Virus record (IMG/VR): IMGVR_UViG_3300035703_000049
Span: 24,152-88,151 of that record
DNA from: a virus
DNA: 64,000 nt
Reading direction: 5' to 3' (one strand)
Shown here: positions 47,915 through 58,175 of the stretch, one piece after another
Numbering within the stretch: the stretch's first letter is position 1
How the letters are laid out: each line of letters starts with the position of its first letter
Notes under the pieces: model-generated
Told to the model about the DNA's origin: nothing
Database searches by the model: none
The model's input: the letters and a program-made list of their open reading frames with translations, nothing else
Translations under genes and position numbers: made by a program

Positions 47915-48694
47915 ATGAATCATAGTTTACTAGTTGTAACGTTTTACAACGATCTTCCAAATTTTAGGATGTTTTTAGTTACACTACAAAAATTTTGGAA
48001 AAGCAATAAGAAGATTACTATAGTTTACGGTCTTAAAACACAATCAACACAAATTGATCAAAATCAAATTTTACCTTTTATAGAAGACGCAGTAAACACA
48101 TTCTTATATGATTGGGAATACACTATTGTTCAAGGATTAACTACAACGTTAAATGGTTGGTTAGAACAACAAGTTAACAAGATACATTATTCGTGTTCGC
48201 AAGAAACATACACAATAGTATTTGATTGCAAAAATTTTTTATTTCAAAATTTGTATTTTGAAAGTTACTTTAAAGATAATAAAGTGATAGTTACTCCAAT
48301 AATTGATAGTTCACTTTCAATGTTTGATGATACAAAAAAATATTATCCAAATATAGATTTACCTTTTATCCCAGAACCCCTTACTCCTTGGATTTGGAAA
48401 AATGAATTAGTTCAAAAAATGAAAACATATTTGATAGAAAAAACAAACAATTGGGAAAACTTTAATGGAAGCGAGTTTTTAAGTTACTACCTCTACATCA
48501 TTGCTTTTGAAAAACGCAACGATTTTTATTTGGTTAACAAACGTTATGATGGCGTAACATATCATCATAGATTAAGAAATATTTCAGAGATAGAATTGAG
48601 AGCAGAAGCTTTAAAAAAAGTAGGAATTATAGATTTAGAAATTAGTATTTGGGAAAAAACTGTTGTACCGTATGCTATGTTTGCAAAAACATAA
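47915..48694 (+). CDS. Putative GT-A fold glycosyltransferase-like protein (DUF6492-like)
   Basis: GWLEQQVNKI (GWxxQQxxK) followed by VFDCKNF (DxD-like), TPW and SEFLSY; AT-rich insert after gp23. Confidence 0.5.
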   Translation: MNHSLLVVTFYNDLPNFRMFLVTLQKFWKSNKKITIVYGLKTQSTQIDQNQILPFIEDAVNTFLYDWEYTIVQGLTTTLNGWLEQQVNKIHYSCSQETYTIVFDCKNFLFQNLYFESYFKDNKVIVTPIIDSSLSMFDDTKKYYPNIDLPFIPEPLTPWIWKNELVQKMKTYLIEKTNNWENFNGSEFLSYYLYIIAFEKRNDFYLVNKRYDGVTYHHRLRNISEIELRAEALKKVGIIDLEISIWEKTVVPYAMFAKT

Positions 48695-48769
48695 TAAATA
48701 ATACACCACATTGTGGTTCTCGGTTTAGCCGCCGGGTGGACCTAGAACGTCCCAAACAGGAGAAATAAA

Positions 48770-49330
48770 ATGGCAAAATTTAAAATAGCACACATAGCAG
48801 CAGACGTTGGTACATATGGTATTAGCACTGGTTTAACAGGTGGTCTAACTTCATTAACTGGTAGTCAAATTCAACCACGTGTAAAGATTGGTTCTGGAAG
48901 CGAAGCAACTGGTAGCATTCTTGCTGCTAAGGGTTCACGTAAGTTTGCTGTAACAGATGGTGCAAGCATTAACGATGAAAGCTTAGTAGTTGGTAATCGT
49001 TACATTATTCTAACTGTAGGTAATACAGATTGGAAAACAGTAGCAGGTGTTGACAATGCCGCAGTTGGTCTTATCTTTACTTGTTTAGCAGCAGGTGCTG
49101 GTACAGGAACAGCAGCCGCAGTAGGTACATGTGAATTAGTTGATAAAGCAAATGGTGCATTAGCTGCTAATGAAATGACAATTACTTGCACACTTCCAAG
49201 TTCTTCAACATTCCGTGCAAAGCGCATCAATAATAAGTTTGTATGGGACTTTAGCGATAACAAGTATCTTGTTGGTTCAACAGCTACTACAGCGACAGAT
49301 CCAGATACAGTTGCCGTAGCAAGAGCTTAA
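48770..49330 (+). CDS. Abundant virion structural protein (head decoration candidate)
   Basis: Strong SD, own late box and terminator, A/G/T-rich, with a YIILTVGNTDW...G..GTG module. Confidence 0.55.
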   Translation: MAKFKIAHIAADVGTYGISTGLTGGLTSLTGSQIQPRVKIGSGSEATGSILAAKGSRKFAVTDGASINDESLVVGNRYIILTVGNTDWKTVAGVDNAAVGLIFTCLAAGAGTGTAAAVGTCELVDKANGALAANEMTITCTLPSSSTFRAKRINNKFVWDFSDNKYLVGSTATTATDPDTVAVARA

Positions 49331-49351
49331 TTTTAATTTTAATAAAAATGG

Positions 49352-49381
49352 AACCGCGTGTTATAATGGCACGCGGTTTTT
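49352..49381 (+). terminator. Rho-independent terminator
   Basis: AACCGCGTG...CACGCGGTT stem followed by a T-run. Confidence 0.8.
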
Positions 49382-49384
49382 ATT

Positions 49385-49987
49385 ATGCCCAGTGTTAAAG
49401 CATTTGTTTTAGGTAACGGACGTTCAAGGTTACAGTTAGATTTACATAAGTTAAAACCTTATGGTAAAATTTATGGCTGTAATGCAATCTATAGAGATTT
49501 TACACCAGATGTTTTAGTAGCAACAGATGCACCAATGGCTTCTGAAATAGAAAAAGCAGAGTATGCTTCACAATATGAATTTTGGACTCGTAACCCAACT
49601 CCCAACAACTATGCAAGAAAAATTGATATTAATTACGGTTTTTCAAGTGGGCCAATAGCAGCGTCTTTAGCTGCAAGAAATGAACATAGGCCAATTTATT
49701 TGTTAGGATTTGATTTAATTGGCAATGGCGGAAAAATTAATAATGTTTATGCTGGTACTGAAAATTATAGAAAAGAAGGTGAAAAAGAAACTTATTGGGG
49801 TAATTGGTTAAATCAACTAACAACTATAATGAAAAATCAATTTCCTAAAAGCAAGTTTATTAGAGTGATTGATAAAGGTGGATTTAGTCCTACAGAATGG
49901 ATTAATTTACAAAATTATAGCGAGCAGAGTTATGAAGAATTTTTACACAGTATAAATAATAAGTCATGGCAGAAACAAAACGTGTAA
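49385..49987 (+). CDS. Maf/sialyltransferase-like (GT42/DUF115-type) glycosyltransferase
   Basis: VLGNGRSR, YGCNAIYRD, SSG..A..LA, IYLLGFD parallel the CstII-type motifs GNGPS, xCN, TSG, IYLSGID. Confidence 0.55.
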   Translation: MPSVKAFVLGNGRSRLQLDLHKLKPYGKIYGCNAIYRDFTPDVLVATDAPMASEIEKAEYASQYEFWTRNPTPNNYARKIDINYGFSSGPIAASLAARNEHRPIYLLGFDLIGNGGKINNVYAGTENYRKEGEKETYWGNWLNQLTTIMKNQFPKSKFIRVIDKGGFSPTEWINLQNYSEQSYEEFLHSINNKSWQKQNV

Positions 49988-50691
49988 GTGATCAATATAA
50001 AATTTCAGCACCATCAATTGTGCTTGATGGTAATTTAACTGTTACGGGTTCAACAACAAGCGTTGAAACAATAAATTCAACAGTTAAAGATAACATCATT
50101 GTATTAAACGATGGAGAAGTTGGCGCCGGCATTACTGCTGGTACTGCTGGTATAGAAATTGAAAGAGGTTCGTTAGATAACACAACTGTTACATATAACG
50201 AAAGCAGTGATGTTTGGGAATTTAAAATTTCTTCTTCATATGCTATAGTTCGTGGTGCTACTCCTGTAAATACTAATGATTTTACAACTAAAGATTACGT
50301 AGATACTAAGGTTGCTCTAATTGATCCAGCAGGAGTTCTTTATTCTGTTCAGTTTAACGATGATCCAAACGGATTTGGTGGCGATGCAAACTTTTTATAT
50401 GATGGTACTACAGTAACTATTCAAGATATAGAAATTACAACAGGCAGTATTCAAAGTACTACAACTAATGGTGATTTAGAGATTGCCGCTAATGGCAGCG
50501 GTACACTTTATCTACGTAGTGTTTTAAAATTAGAAGATGAAATTAGTGATCCATCCTCAACTGTTGGTGCTAATAAAGTTTATTCAAAAACACCAGGCAA
50601 TGCAGGTTCTGGTTTATACTTTGTTAATACAACTGCAAGCGATGAGTTGGTTAGCAAATCAAAAGCAATACTATTTGGATTAATATTCTAA
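49966..50691 (+). CDS. Virion structural / fibre-associated protein
   Basis: TATAAATA late box at 49951-58; GNLTVTG.TT.V......V.DNII.LN...AGIEIERG module shared with the 53227 fibre. Confidence 0.65.
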   Translation: MAETKRVSDQYKISAPSIVLDGNLTVTGSTTSVETINSTVKDNIIVLNDGEVGAGITAGTAGIEIERGSLDNTTVTYNESSDVWEFKISSSYAIVRGATPVNTNDFTTKDYVDTKVALIDPAGVLYSVQFNDDPNGFGGDANFLYDGTTVTIQDIEITTGSIQSTTTNGDLEIAANGSGTLYLRSVLKLEDEISDPSSTVGANKVYSKTPGNAGSGLYFVNTTASDELVSKSKAILFGLIF

Positions 50692-50701
50692 GGAATTTAT
50701 A

Positions 50702-51010
50702 ATGGCATTAAATCGAGCAACATTAACAGGAAGTGCTAGCGCAGTTTACACAAGCTCAGGTAATACCGCAGTTACTACAATGTATTTGTGTAACTATAGT
50801 GGTAGTGATAGAACTGTTTCAATTTATCTTGTACCCAGTGCAGGATCTGCAAGCGATAGCAACATAATTTACAAAGATGTGAGCATTGCAGCAGGTGATA
50901 CTTATATTATTGATACTGAACGCTTAGTTTTAGCTAACGGTGACATGGTACAAGCATTAGCAAGTTCAACATCAAGCGTAACGATGACCGTTAGTTACGT
51001 AGGAGTATAA
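50702..51010 (+). CDS. Small virion structural protein (paralogue of 58176)
   Basis: 102-aa beta-rich protein; VYT...N...IYKDVSI...LVLANGD pattern. Confidence 0.6.
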   Translation: MALNRATLTGSASAVYTSSGNTAVTTMYLCNYSGSDRTVSIYLVPSAGSASDSNIIYKDVSIAAGDTYIIDTERLVLANGDMVQALASSTSSVTMTVSYVGV

Positions 51011-51011
51011 C

Positions 51012-51425
51012 GTGGGAAGAAGCGTAAAATATCCTAAAATTGCTAGAACATATAAACCAACTGGTGTAGTAATGCCAACTGGTACAACAGCACAACGCCC
51101 AAGTTCTGCAATTAATGGTACTTTTAGATATAACACAGATACTAGCAAGTTTGAGTTGTATCAAAATGGTTCTTGGATAAACCCAACTAGTCGCGGCAAA
51201 GTTACTGTAACTAAAGATACTTTTACAGGTGATGGCAGTACACTTGCTTATACAATGAGTCAAACACCAAACGATGCTAATGGTATACAAGTATTTTTAG
51301 GTAATGTACACCAAAACCCAGGTGTAGCTTATACTATCAGCACAAGCACATTACAATTTAGTACACCCCCAAATTTAGGTCAAACAATAGAAGTTTATCA
51401 CGGGTTTGATAGTACCGACCGCTAA
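51012..51425 (+). CDS. Small virion fibre-associated protein
   Basis: PTGTTAQRP...GTFRYNT fibre motif plus a DTFTGDGST...VHQNP...Y module. Confidence 0.6.
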   Translation: MGRSVKYPKIARTYKPTGVVMPTGTTAQRPSSAINGTFRYNTDTSKFELYQNGSWINPTSRGKVTVTKDTFTGDGSTLAYTMSQTPNDANGIQVFLGNVHQNPGVAYTISTSTLQFSTPPNLGQTIEVYHGFDSTDR

Positions 51426-51485
51426 ATAATATATCAAACCGGGGCTCACCCACGATGTATTGGGTGAATTGTTGGAGGTCGCGAC

Positions 51486-53132
51486 ATGACTATTGGCCGC
51501 ATAGGTGGACCTATGCTTAAAGAGAACTTAATTAGACAAGGTGTTGACCTCAGCGTTGAAACAAACTTACTTTATTTTGATGTAAACAATATGCGACTTG
51601 GTGTTAATACAGCAACACCAAATGTAGCAATGGACATCAATGGCGTAACACGGTTTAGTTCTAATCTTCAAATTAACGGCAGCAATATTGCTACATATGC
51701 AGGTAATGGGAATATTACATTAACCCCAAATGGTACTGGTTTAGTTAGAATTGCTTATCTAACTGCAAATAGAATACCTTATGCTACTACTAATGGAGCA
51801 ATTACCGATAGTGCAAATCTCACATTTGACGGCACAACTTTATTAGCAGCAAATGTTGGATTTGGTAATATCAATCTTACCGGGAACACAATTAGTTCTT
51901 CAAACACAAATGGTAACATTGTAATTGATCCAAATGGTACTGGTAATATAATAATCGACACAGCTACCGCAAATCAAATTTTTTATTCTGGTGTAAACAA
52001 AGAGTTAATTACAAATTCTAATTTAACGTTCGATGGTTCAAATTTAGTTTTATCTGGCAATGCTAATATCACAACATTAAACGTATCCACGATTAGTTCT
52101 TTAACAACAAACGGTAATATTAATTTAGATCCTAATGGCACAGGTAACGTATTGTTAGATACTGCAACAGCAGATAGAGTAATTTTTACAGGTGCAAATA
52201 AAGAATTATTAACAGATAGTGATTTACAATTTAATGGTACCACATTACAAATTGGAAATATAACAGCTAGCGGTAGCGTAATAAGCACAACATCTGGCAA
52301 TTTAAATCTTTCTCCAAGCGGCAATAATAGAGTTGTTTTTGATATTACAAGCGCAATTAGGGTACCAGTTGGTGATACTAGTGAAAGACCAGCAGCAGTA
52401 ATAGGTGATATAAGATTTAATACAGAATTAGAAACTCTAGAATTTTATACTGGGTATGATTGGAGTGCAGTTCAAGCTGAAATAGTTTATTTGTTATCAG
52501 ATACTTTTAATGGTGATGGCAGCACTGCTATCTTTGCATTAAGTCAAACAACGTCAAGCGATGGTGCATTTGTTACATTAAACGGTGTAGTTCAATCTCC
52601 AGGTGTTGCATATGGTATTAGTGGAACAACATTAACTTTTTCAGAAGCACCTGCTATTGGAGATAAAATTGATATTCGATACTTAACATTATCTAATGAA
52701 GTTGCATTAAAAGAAATTAAAGAAGGTAATACTAGAGTAGTAGTTAATGATTTAAATGAATTAGCAAATGTAATCATTAACGGAAATTTACAAATTCAAG
52801 TTAGCGAGTCTACAACTAAAATTAATAATAGTTTTGCAACAACAGCTCCTGTTACTAAAACAAACGATTTTAGTTTAGCAGATGGAGAAAATTTTATAAT
52901 TGTAAACAAAATTGGGTCTACCTGCACAGTTACTATGCCAAACGCAGCATCTTATCCTGGCAGACAAGTTACTTTTAAAACATTTCAATCACAATTTTTA
53001 GTAAGCGCAAGTTCAAATATTTGTCCAATAGATAGTGCAACACCTGGCACAGCAATATTAACGAATACATCTGGTAAATGGGCAACACTTGTTAGTGATG
53101 GTACAAATTGGATAATTATGGCTGCTAATTAA
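51486..53132 (+). CDS. Tail fibre-like protein
   Basis: Repeated GNIxLxPNGTG / ANxIxY / NLTFDG modules, PVGDTSERP..GDIRFNT, and a C-terminal VSDGTNW tip. Confidence 0.7.
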   Translation: MTIGRIGGPMLKENLIRQGVDLSVETNLLYFDVNNMRLGVNTATPNVAMDINGVTRFSSNLQINGSNIATYAGNGNITLTPNGTGLVRIAYLTANRIPYATTNGAITDSANLTFDGTTLLAANVGFGNINLTGNTISSSNTNGNIVIDPNGTGNIIIDTATANQIFYSGVNKELITNSNLTFDGSNLVLSGNANITTLNVSTISSLTTNGNINLDPNGTGNVLLDTATADRVIFTGANKELLTDSDLQFNGTTLQIGNITASGSVISTTSGNLNLSPSGNNRVVFDITSAIRVPVGDTSERPAAVIGDIRFNTELETLEFYTGYDWSAVQAEIVYLLSDTFNGDGSTAIFALSQTTSSDGAFVTLNGVVQSPGVAYGISGTTLTFSEAPAIGDKIDIRYLTLSNEVALKEIKEGNTRVVVNDLNELANVIINGNLQIQVSESTTKINNSFATTAPVTKTNDFSLADGENFIIVNKIGSTCTVTMPNAASYPGRQVTFKTFQSQFLVSASSNICPIDSATPGTAILTNTSGKWATLVSDGTNWIIMAAN

Positions 53133-53226
53133 AAGCATACATTATTTTAAAAAACCCTTGTTTATACGCAAATAGCTTATTTTTTAATATTTTACTAAAT
53201 ATTCCTAGCAATCTAGGAAATATTAA

Positions 53227-56200
53227 ATGGCTGTTACCCGTATTAAGAATAATCAAATTACAGATTCTACAGTAATAGCAAGTGCTAAACTTGTTAATCG
53301 TAGTGTTACTGGTGGATTGCTTTCTGATCCATTAAATTATTCAGGCGACTTTACAATTTTGGGTAACTTAACAGTTAACGGTACAACTACTACAGTTGAT
53401 ACAACTAACACATTAGTAGCAGATCCTGTTATCGTTCTTTCAAGAGGTGAAACTGGATCACCAAGCAATGATGCTGGTATTTTAATTGAACGTGGAACAA
53501 GCGATAACGCTGCTTGGTTGTGGGATGAAACAAATGATCGTTGGATGGCTATTACGACAACAGCAGACGGTCAAACAGGCGGAACAATTACTGTAGCAGC
53601 ATATGCAAATATCAAAGCAAATGATTTAGAAATTACTTCTATATCAATAGGCAATATTGACATAAGCGGCAACACAATTAGTTCAACTGACTCAAATGGT
53701 AATATCAATCTAACTCCAAATGGAAGTGGTGAGGTTGTAGCAGCAACATTAGCAGTAACTGATTTAACAACTAACCGTGTTGTTTATGTTGGGTCAAATG
53801 ATTCACTAACAGATGATGCAAATCTTACTTTTAATGGAACTACATTATTAGTAACAGGTACATCAAATGTAAGTGGTCAATTTAACGTTGATAACATTCG
53901 AATTGATGGCGCTGTTATAAGCACAATATCTAATAACGATAATATTAGTTTAACACCAAATGGTACTGGTACTGTAGTTGCCGCTACTCTTGCTGTAACA
54001 GATTTAACAGAAAATAGAATTGTTTACGTAAATGGTGCAGATAAATTAATTGATAATGCCAACTTAACATTTAACGGTACTACATTAGGTGTTACTGGAA
54101 CAGCAAACGTAACTGGACAATTAAATGTTGATAATTTAAGAGTAGACGGTAATACATTAAGTTCAACTAATGGAGACGGCAATATTAGTTTAACTCCAGA
54201 TGGATTAGGCAATGTTATTATTAGTACATCAACAGCAAGCAGAATTTTTTATTCTGGTGCAAACAAAGAATTACTTACTACAGCAAACTTAACATTTGAT
54301 GGTACTAATATGGTACTTGCTGGTAATTTAGGTGTTAATGGTGGTGACATAACAACTACAGCATTAACAGCATCATTGTTCAATGCAAATGCTACTACAC
54401 TTAATATTGGTGGTGCCGCAACAGTAGTGAACATTGCTAGTACAACTGGTACAACAATTATTAAAAATGATTTACAAATTGATGGTAATGACATAAAATC
54501 AAGCACTGGTAACGTTGCGATCACGCTAAACAACACAGACGTAACTATTGTAGGTAACTTAACAATACAAGGTGTAACAACTACCGTTGGTTCACAAGAT
54601 TTAACAGTCGAAGATTCAATCATCAATCTACATACTGCACCAAACTTATCTCCTTGGACTGTTGATGACGGTCGCGACATTGGTATTAAGTTCCATTACT
54701 ATAAAACCGAAGATAGTCACGCTTTCGTTGGATGGGCTAACGATACTGGTTACCTAGAATACTATAGCGATGCAACTGAAAGTGTTGGTGGCACTATAAC
54801 TGGTACCTACGGAACAATCAAAGCAAACATCTTCTTCTCAAACGTAGCAACAGGTACTGCACCGTTTACAGTAAATTCTACTACAGAAGTTGCTAACTTA
54901 AATGTTCAGTTTGCTAACAATGTAACAGGTGCAAGTCAACCAAACATAACAAGTCTTGGTAATTTAACAATTGCTAATATTGATAATATACAAATTGATG
55001 GCAATACAATAAGTTCAAGTCAAGGAAACATTTTACTTGACCCTGCTGCTAATATATTAATCGATACTGCCACAGCAAACTTAGTATTCTATGCCGGCAC
55101 AAATAAAGAACTATTAACTAATTCAAACTTAGCATTTAACGGTACTACTTTTACAGTAACAGGAACAAGTAATGTATCAGGTCAAATCAATATTGATAAT
55201 ATTCGTATCGATGGAACTGTTATAAGCACAACAGCTAATAACGATAACATATCAATTACTCCACACGGTACTGGTGAATTAATTGCTTCTACACTTGCTG
55301 TTACTGATTTAACAACTAACCGTGTTGTTTATGTAGGCGCTAATGATGCCCTTGTTGATAGCTCAAACTTAACATTTGATGGAACTACTCATACTGTAAC
55401 AGGTACTTCAAATGTTGCTGGTCAATTTAACATTGATAATATTCAAATTGACGGAAATACTATTAGTTCAACTAACACTAATGGAAATATTAATATTGAT
55501 GCAAATGGAACTGGTTATATAATTGTAAACAGTAGTTTAGATAATACAGATTTTATTGTTCATGGTAATAGTGCAGTTAGTGCAACTTATGCTAACTTGT
55601 TTTATGTTAAAGCGTCAACAGGACAAATTGGTATTGGAACTAATAGTCCTGCATCAAATGTCCTAATTGACATGGATGCATTTACTACATCTATATTACT
55701 TCCAAAAGGCACAACTGGTCAAAGACCAAGTGGGGACGAAGTAGAAGGTATGTTTCGATATAATACATCAAACCATGTTTATGAATTTTGGGATGGCGAT
55801 AGTTGGGAAAGTACATCTTCAAACTTTACTACAATAGTAGCTGATAGTTTCTCAGGAGACGGTACTACTCTTTCGTTTACACTCAGTCAAGATGCAACAA
55901 GTGCTGGTATAATTGTTAGCATTAACGGTGTTGTGCAGATACCTAGTACTGCTTACGGTGTAAGCGGAACTACACTAACATTTACAGAAGCGCCACAAGT
56001 TGGTGACTTTATAGATGTAAGATTATTAACAACAACAAACACAGTTACTGGAATAGCAGATTTAAACACTGAAATTCAATTAAGTGACGCAGCAGAATTA
56101 GCCAATGTTGTTATTAACGGGAATTTAATATTACAAGTAAGCAATGCTGCTGTGTATCCAGGCACAAATGGTACAATTAATCTTGGCAAGTCAACAACAG

Positions 56201-56616
56201 GTCGTTGGAATACAGTATATGCAACAAACACAAGTATACAAAATGCAGACTTAGCAGAATGTTATCTAGGTGATAGTCCAATACCTCCTGCAACTGTTGT
56301 ATGTTTTGGTGGCAACGAAGAAATTACAATGTGTATGACAGATATGGATACTAGAGTTGCTGGTGTTGTTTCTACATACCCAGCACACGTAATGAATAGC
56401 ATGTTAGAAGGTAATTACGTAATTGAATTAGCATTACAAGGTCGTGTTCCATGTCGTGTATATGGTCCAATACGTAAAGGTGATATGATGGTATCTGCTG
56501 GCAATGGAATGGCACGAGCAGAAGAAAATCCTAAGATGGGATCAGTAATAGGCAAAGCTCTCGAAAACTTTGGTGATGCAGAAGGTATTATTGAAATAGT
56601 AGTAGGTAGAGTATAA
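53227..56616 (+). CDS. Long tail fibre with C-terminal intramolecular chaperone/autocleavage (peptidase G2-like) domain
   Basis: Multiple ~60-80 aa repeats; C-terminal ADLAECY...GVVST.PA..MN...LQGRVPC.V.G.IRKGD.MVS...IGKALE. Confidence 0.75.
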   Translation: MAVTRIKNNQITDSTVIASAKLVNRSVTGGLLSDPLNYSGDFTILGNLTVNGTTTTVDTTNTLVADPVIVLSRGETGSPSNDAGILIERGTSDNAAWLWDETNDRWMAITTTADGQTGGTITVAAYANIKANDLEITSISIGNIDISGNTISSTDSNGNINLTPNGSGEVVAATLAVTDLTTNRVVYVGSNDSLTDDANLTFNGTTLLVTGTSNVSGQFNVDNIRIDGAVISTISNNDNISLTPNGTGTVVAATLAVTDLTENRIVYVNGADKLIDNANLTFNGTTLGVTGTANVTGQLNVDNLRVDGNTLSSTNGDGNISLTPDGLGNVIISTSTASRIFYSGANKELLTTANLTFDGTNMVLAGNLGVNGGDITTTALTASLFNANATTLNIGGAATVVNIASTTGTTIIKNDLQIDGNDIKSSTGNVAITLNNTDVTIVGNLTIQGVTTTVGSQDLTVEDSIINLHTAPNLSPWTVDDGRDIGIKFHYYKTEDSHAFVGWANDTGYLEYYSDATESVGGTITGTYGTIKANIFFSNVATGTAPFTVNSTTEVANLNVQFANNVTGASQPNITSLGNLTIANIDNIQIDGNTISSSQGNILLDPAANILIDTATANLVFYAGTNKELLTNSNLAFNGTTFTVTGTSNVSGQINIDNIRIDGTVISTTANNDNISITPHGTGELIASTLAVTDLTTNRVVYVGANDALVDSSNLTFDGTTHTVTGTSNVAGQFNIDNIQIDGNTISSTNTNGNINIDANGTGYIIVNSSLDNTDFIVHGNSAVSATYANLFYVKASTGQIGIGTNSPASNVLIDMDAFTTSILLPKGTTGQRPSGDEVEGMFRYNTSNHVYEFWDGDSWESTSSNFTTIVADSFSGDGTTLSFTLSQDATSAGIIVSINGVVQIPSTAYGVSGTTLTFTEAPQVGDFIDVRLLTTTNTVTGIADLNTEIQLSDAAELANVVINGNLILQVSNAAVYPGTNGTINLGKSTTGRWNTVYATNTSIQNADLAECYLGDSPIPPATVVCFGGNEEITMCMTDMDTRVAGVVSTYPAHVMNSMLEGNYVIELALQGRVPCRVYGPIRKGDMMVSAGNGMARAEENPKMGSVIGKALENFGDAEGIIEIVVGRV

Positions 56617-58172
56617 TGGGTTTAACAAGACCACGTAGTTATCAAGTACTTGATAGTGATATTAAAGGTAGTTGTAGAGCGGCAACTATTTCTAATATAT
56701 CTAATCTAATTTCAGGTGCACCTAATATTATTGACGGTGTCACATTGGCTAAAAGAGATAGAGTTTTAGTTAAAAATCAAACAAACAAAGCACAAAATGG
56801 TATCTATTATATAAGAAATATTGGTTCAGGTAGTAACGGGAACTGGGTAAGAGCTGTTGATTTTGATACAAACGACAAAGTAACATCTGGAGCACAAGTA
56901 CCAATAGAAGAAGGCACGCTAAACAAAGATACTGTTTGGCAACTTACTACTAACAACCCAATTAATTTAGGTACAACTGAATTAGATTTTACTATATTGT
57001 CGGATGGTGGGTCCGTAACTAATGTTTACTATGTAAGTGAAAGTGGTAGTGATAGTTATGATGGCAAAACACTAGGAAGAAGTTTTGCTAGTATAGATCA
57101 AGCACTAACTGTAGCAACAGCAGATAGTACAATATTTGTTAAGAGTGGTGATTATACTATTAACAATCCTCTTACTATTCCAGCTGGTGTATCAATAATT
57201 GGTGATAATTTAAGAACAACTGTAATTAGACCAAATACTACTAATGCTGACATGTTTTATGTTAATAATGGTTGTTATGTTACAGGGTTTACTTTTAAAG
57301 ATCATGTAAGCCCAGCAGCAGCGTTTGCTTATAATCCAAATGGTAGTGCAGGTTCAATTACACGCAGTCCGTATATACAGAATTGTACTAGTATTACTAC
57401 AACAGGTACTGGTATGAGAATTGATGGAGCTCATTGTTCTGGTTTACGTAGTATGGTTACGGACTCATTTACACAAATAAATGCAGGTGGTATTGGGATA
57501 CATATTAAAAATAGAGGGTACGCACAATTAGTTTCAATTTTTACAATTGCTACAGATATAAGTGTATTTTGTGAGAGTGGCGGACAATGCTCTATTACTA
57601 ACAGTAACACAAGTTTTGGCAACTATGGATTAAAAGCAACAGGTGTAAGTGCTAGCTTATATAGTGGATCAACTAGCGGTACTTACACCAAGAATTCAAG
57701 TTCAGTCATCATAACAGGTTTATCTCAAAAACCAAATTACGGTGATGCTATTAAATTTGGTAGCGATTCATATTATTATTCTGTTATTTCTTCAACACCG
57801 CTATCAAGTGGTTCTTCTACAGTTACTTTAGAAATTGGATTAAAACAGGATTTAAGTAGTGGAGTTACTACTAACTTTTATCAAAGAAGTTTGATATCAG
57901 CAAGTGGACACACTTTTGAATATTTGGGTTCAGGTACAAATTTAGCTACTGCTTTACCACAAGCGGGAGGTGTTCCTATACAAGCAAACGAAGTTGTGGA
58001 AGATGCAGATGGGCAAGGACAAGTTTATTTTACAAGCACCGATCAACAAGGTGATTTTAGAATTGGTGGAGAACTGACTATTAATCGAGCAACAGGAACT
58101 ATTACTGGAACAACATTTGATAGAAGTTTGTTTGCGGTATTAACACCGTACATATTAGCATTGGAGAGTTAA
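56616..58172 (+). CDS. Tail fibre/spike protein with beta-helix (pectin-lyase-like) region
   Basis: IDGVTL...DRVLVKNQT..QNGIY fibre N-domain; YYVSESGSDSYDG...FASIDQAL...IFVKSGDY...IIGDNLR beta-helix cap; RSPYIQNCTS. Confidence 0.7.
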   Translation: MGLTRPRSYQVLDSDIKGSCRAATISNISNLISGAPNIIDGVTLAKRDRVLVKNQTNKAQNGIYYIRNIGSGSNGNWVRAVDFDTNDKVTSGAQVPIEEGTLNKDTVWQLTTNNPINLGTTELDFTILSDGGSVTNVYYVSESGSDSYDGKTLGRSFASIDQALTVATADSTIFVKSGDYTINNPLTIPAGVSIIGDNLRTTVIRPNTTNADMFYVNNGCYVTGFTFKDHVSPAAAFAYNPNGSAGSITRSPYIQNCTSITTTGTGMRIDGAHCSGLRSMVTDSFTQINAGGIGIHIKNRGYAQLVSIFTIATDISVFCESGGQCSITNSNTSFGNYGLKATGVSASLYSGSTSGTYTKNSSSVIITGLSQKPNYGDAIKFGSDSYYYSVISSTPLSSGSSTVTLEIGLKQDLSSGVTTNFYQRSLISASGHTFEYLGSGTNLATALPQAGGVPIQANEVVEDADGQGQVYFTSTDQQGDFRIGGELTINRATGTITGTTFDRSLFAVLTPYILALES

Positions 58173-58175
58173 AGT

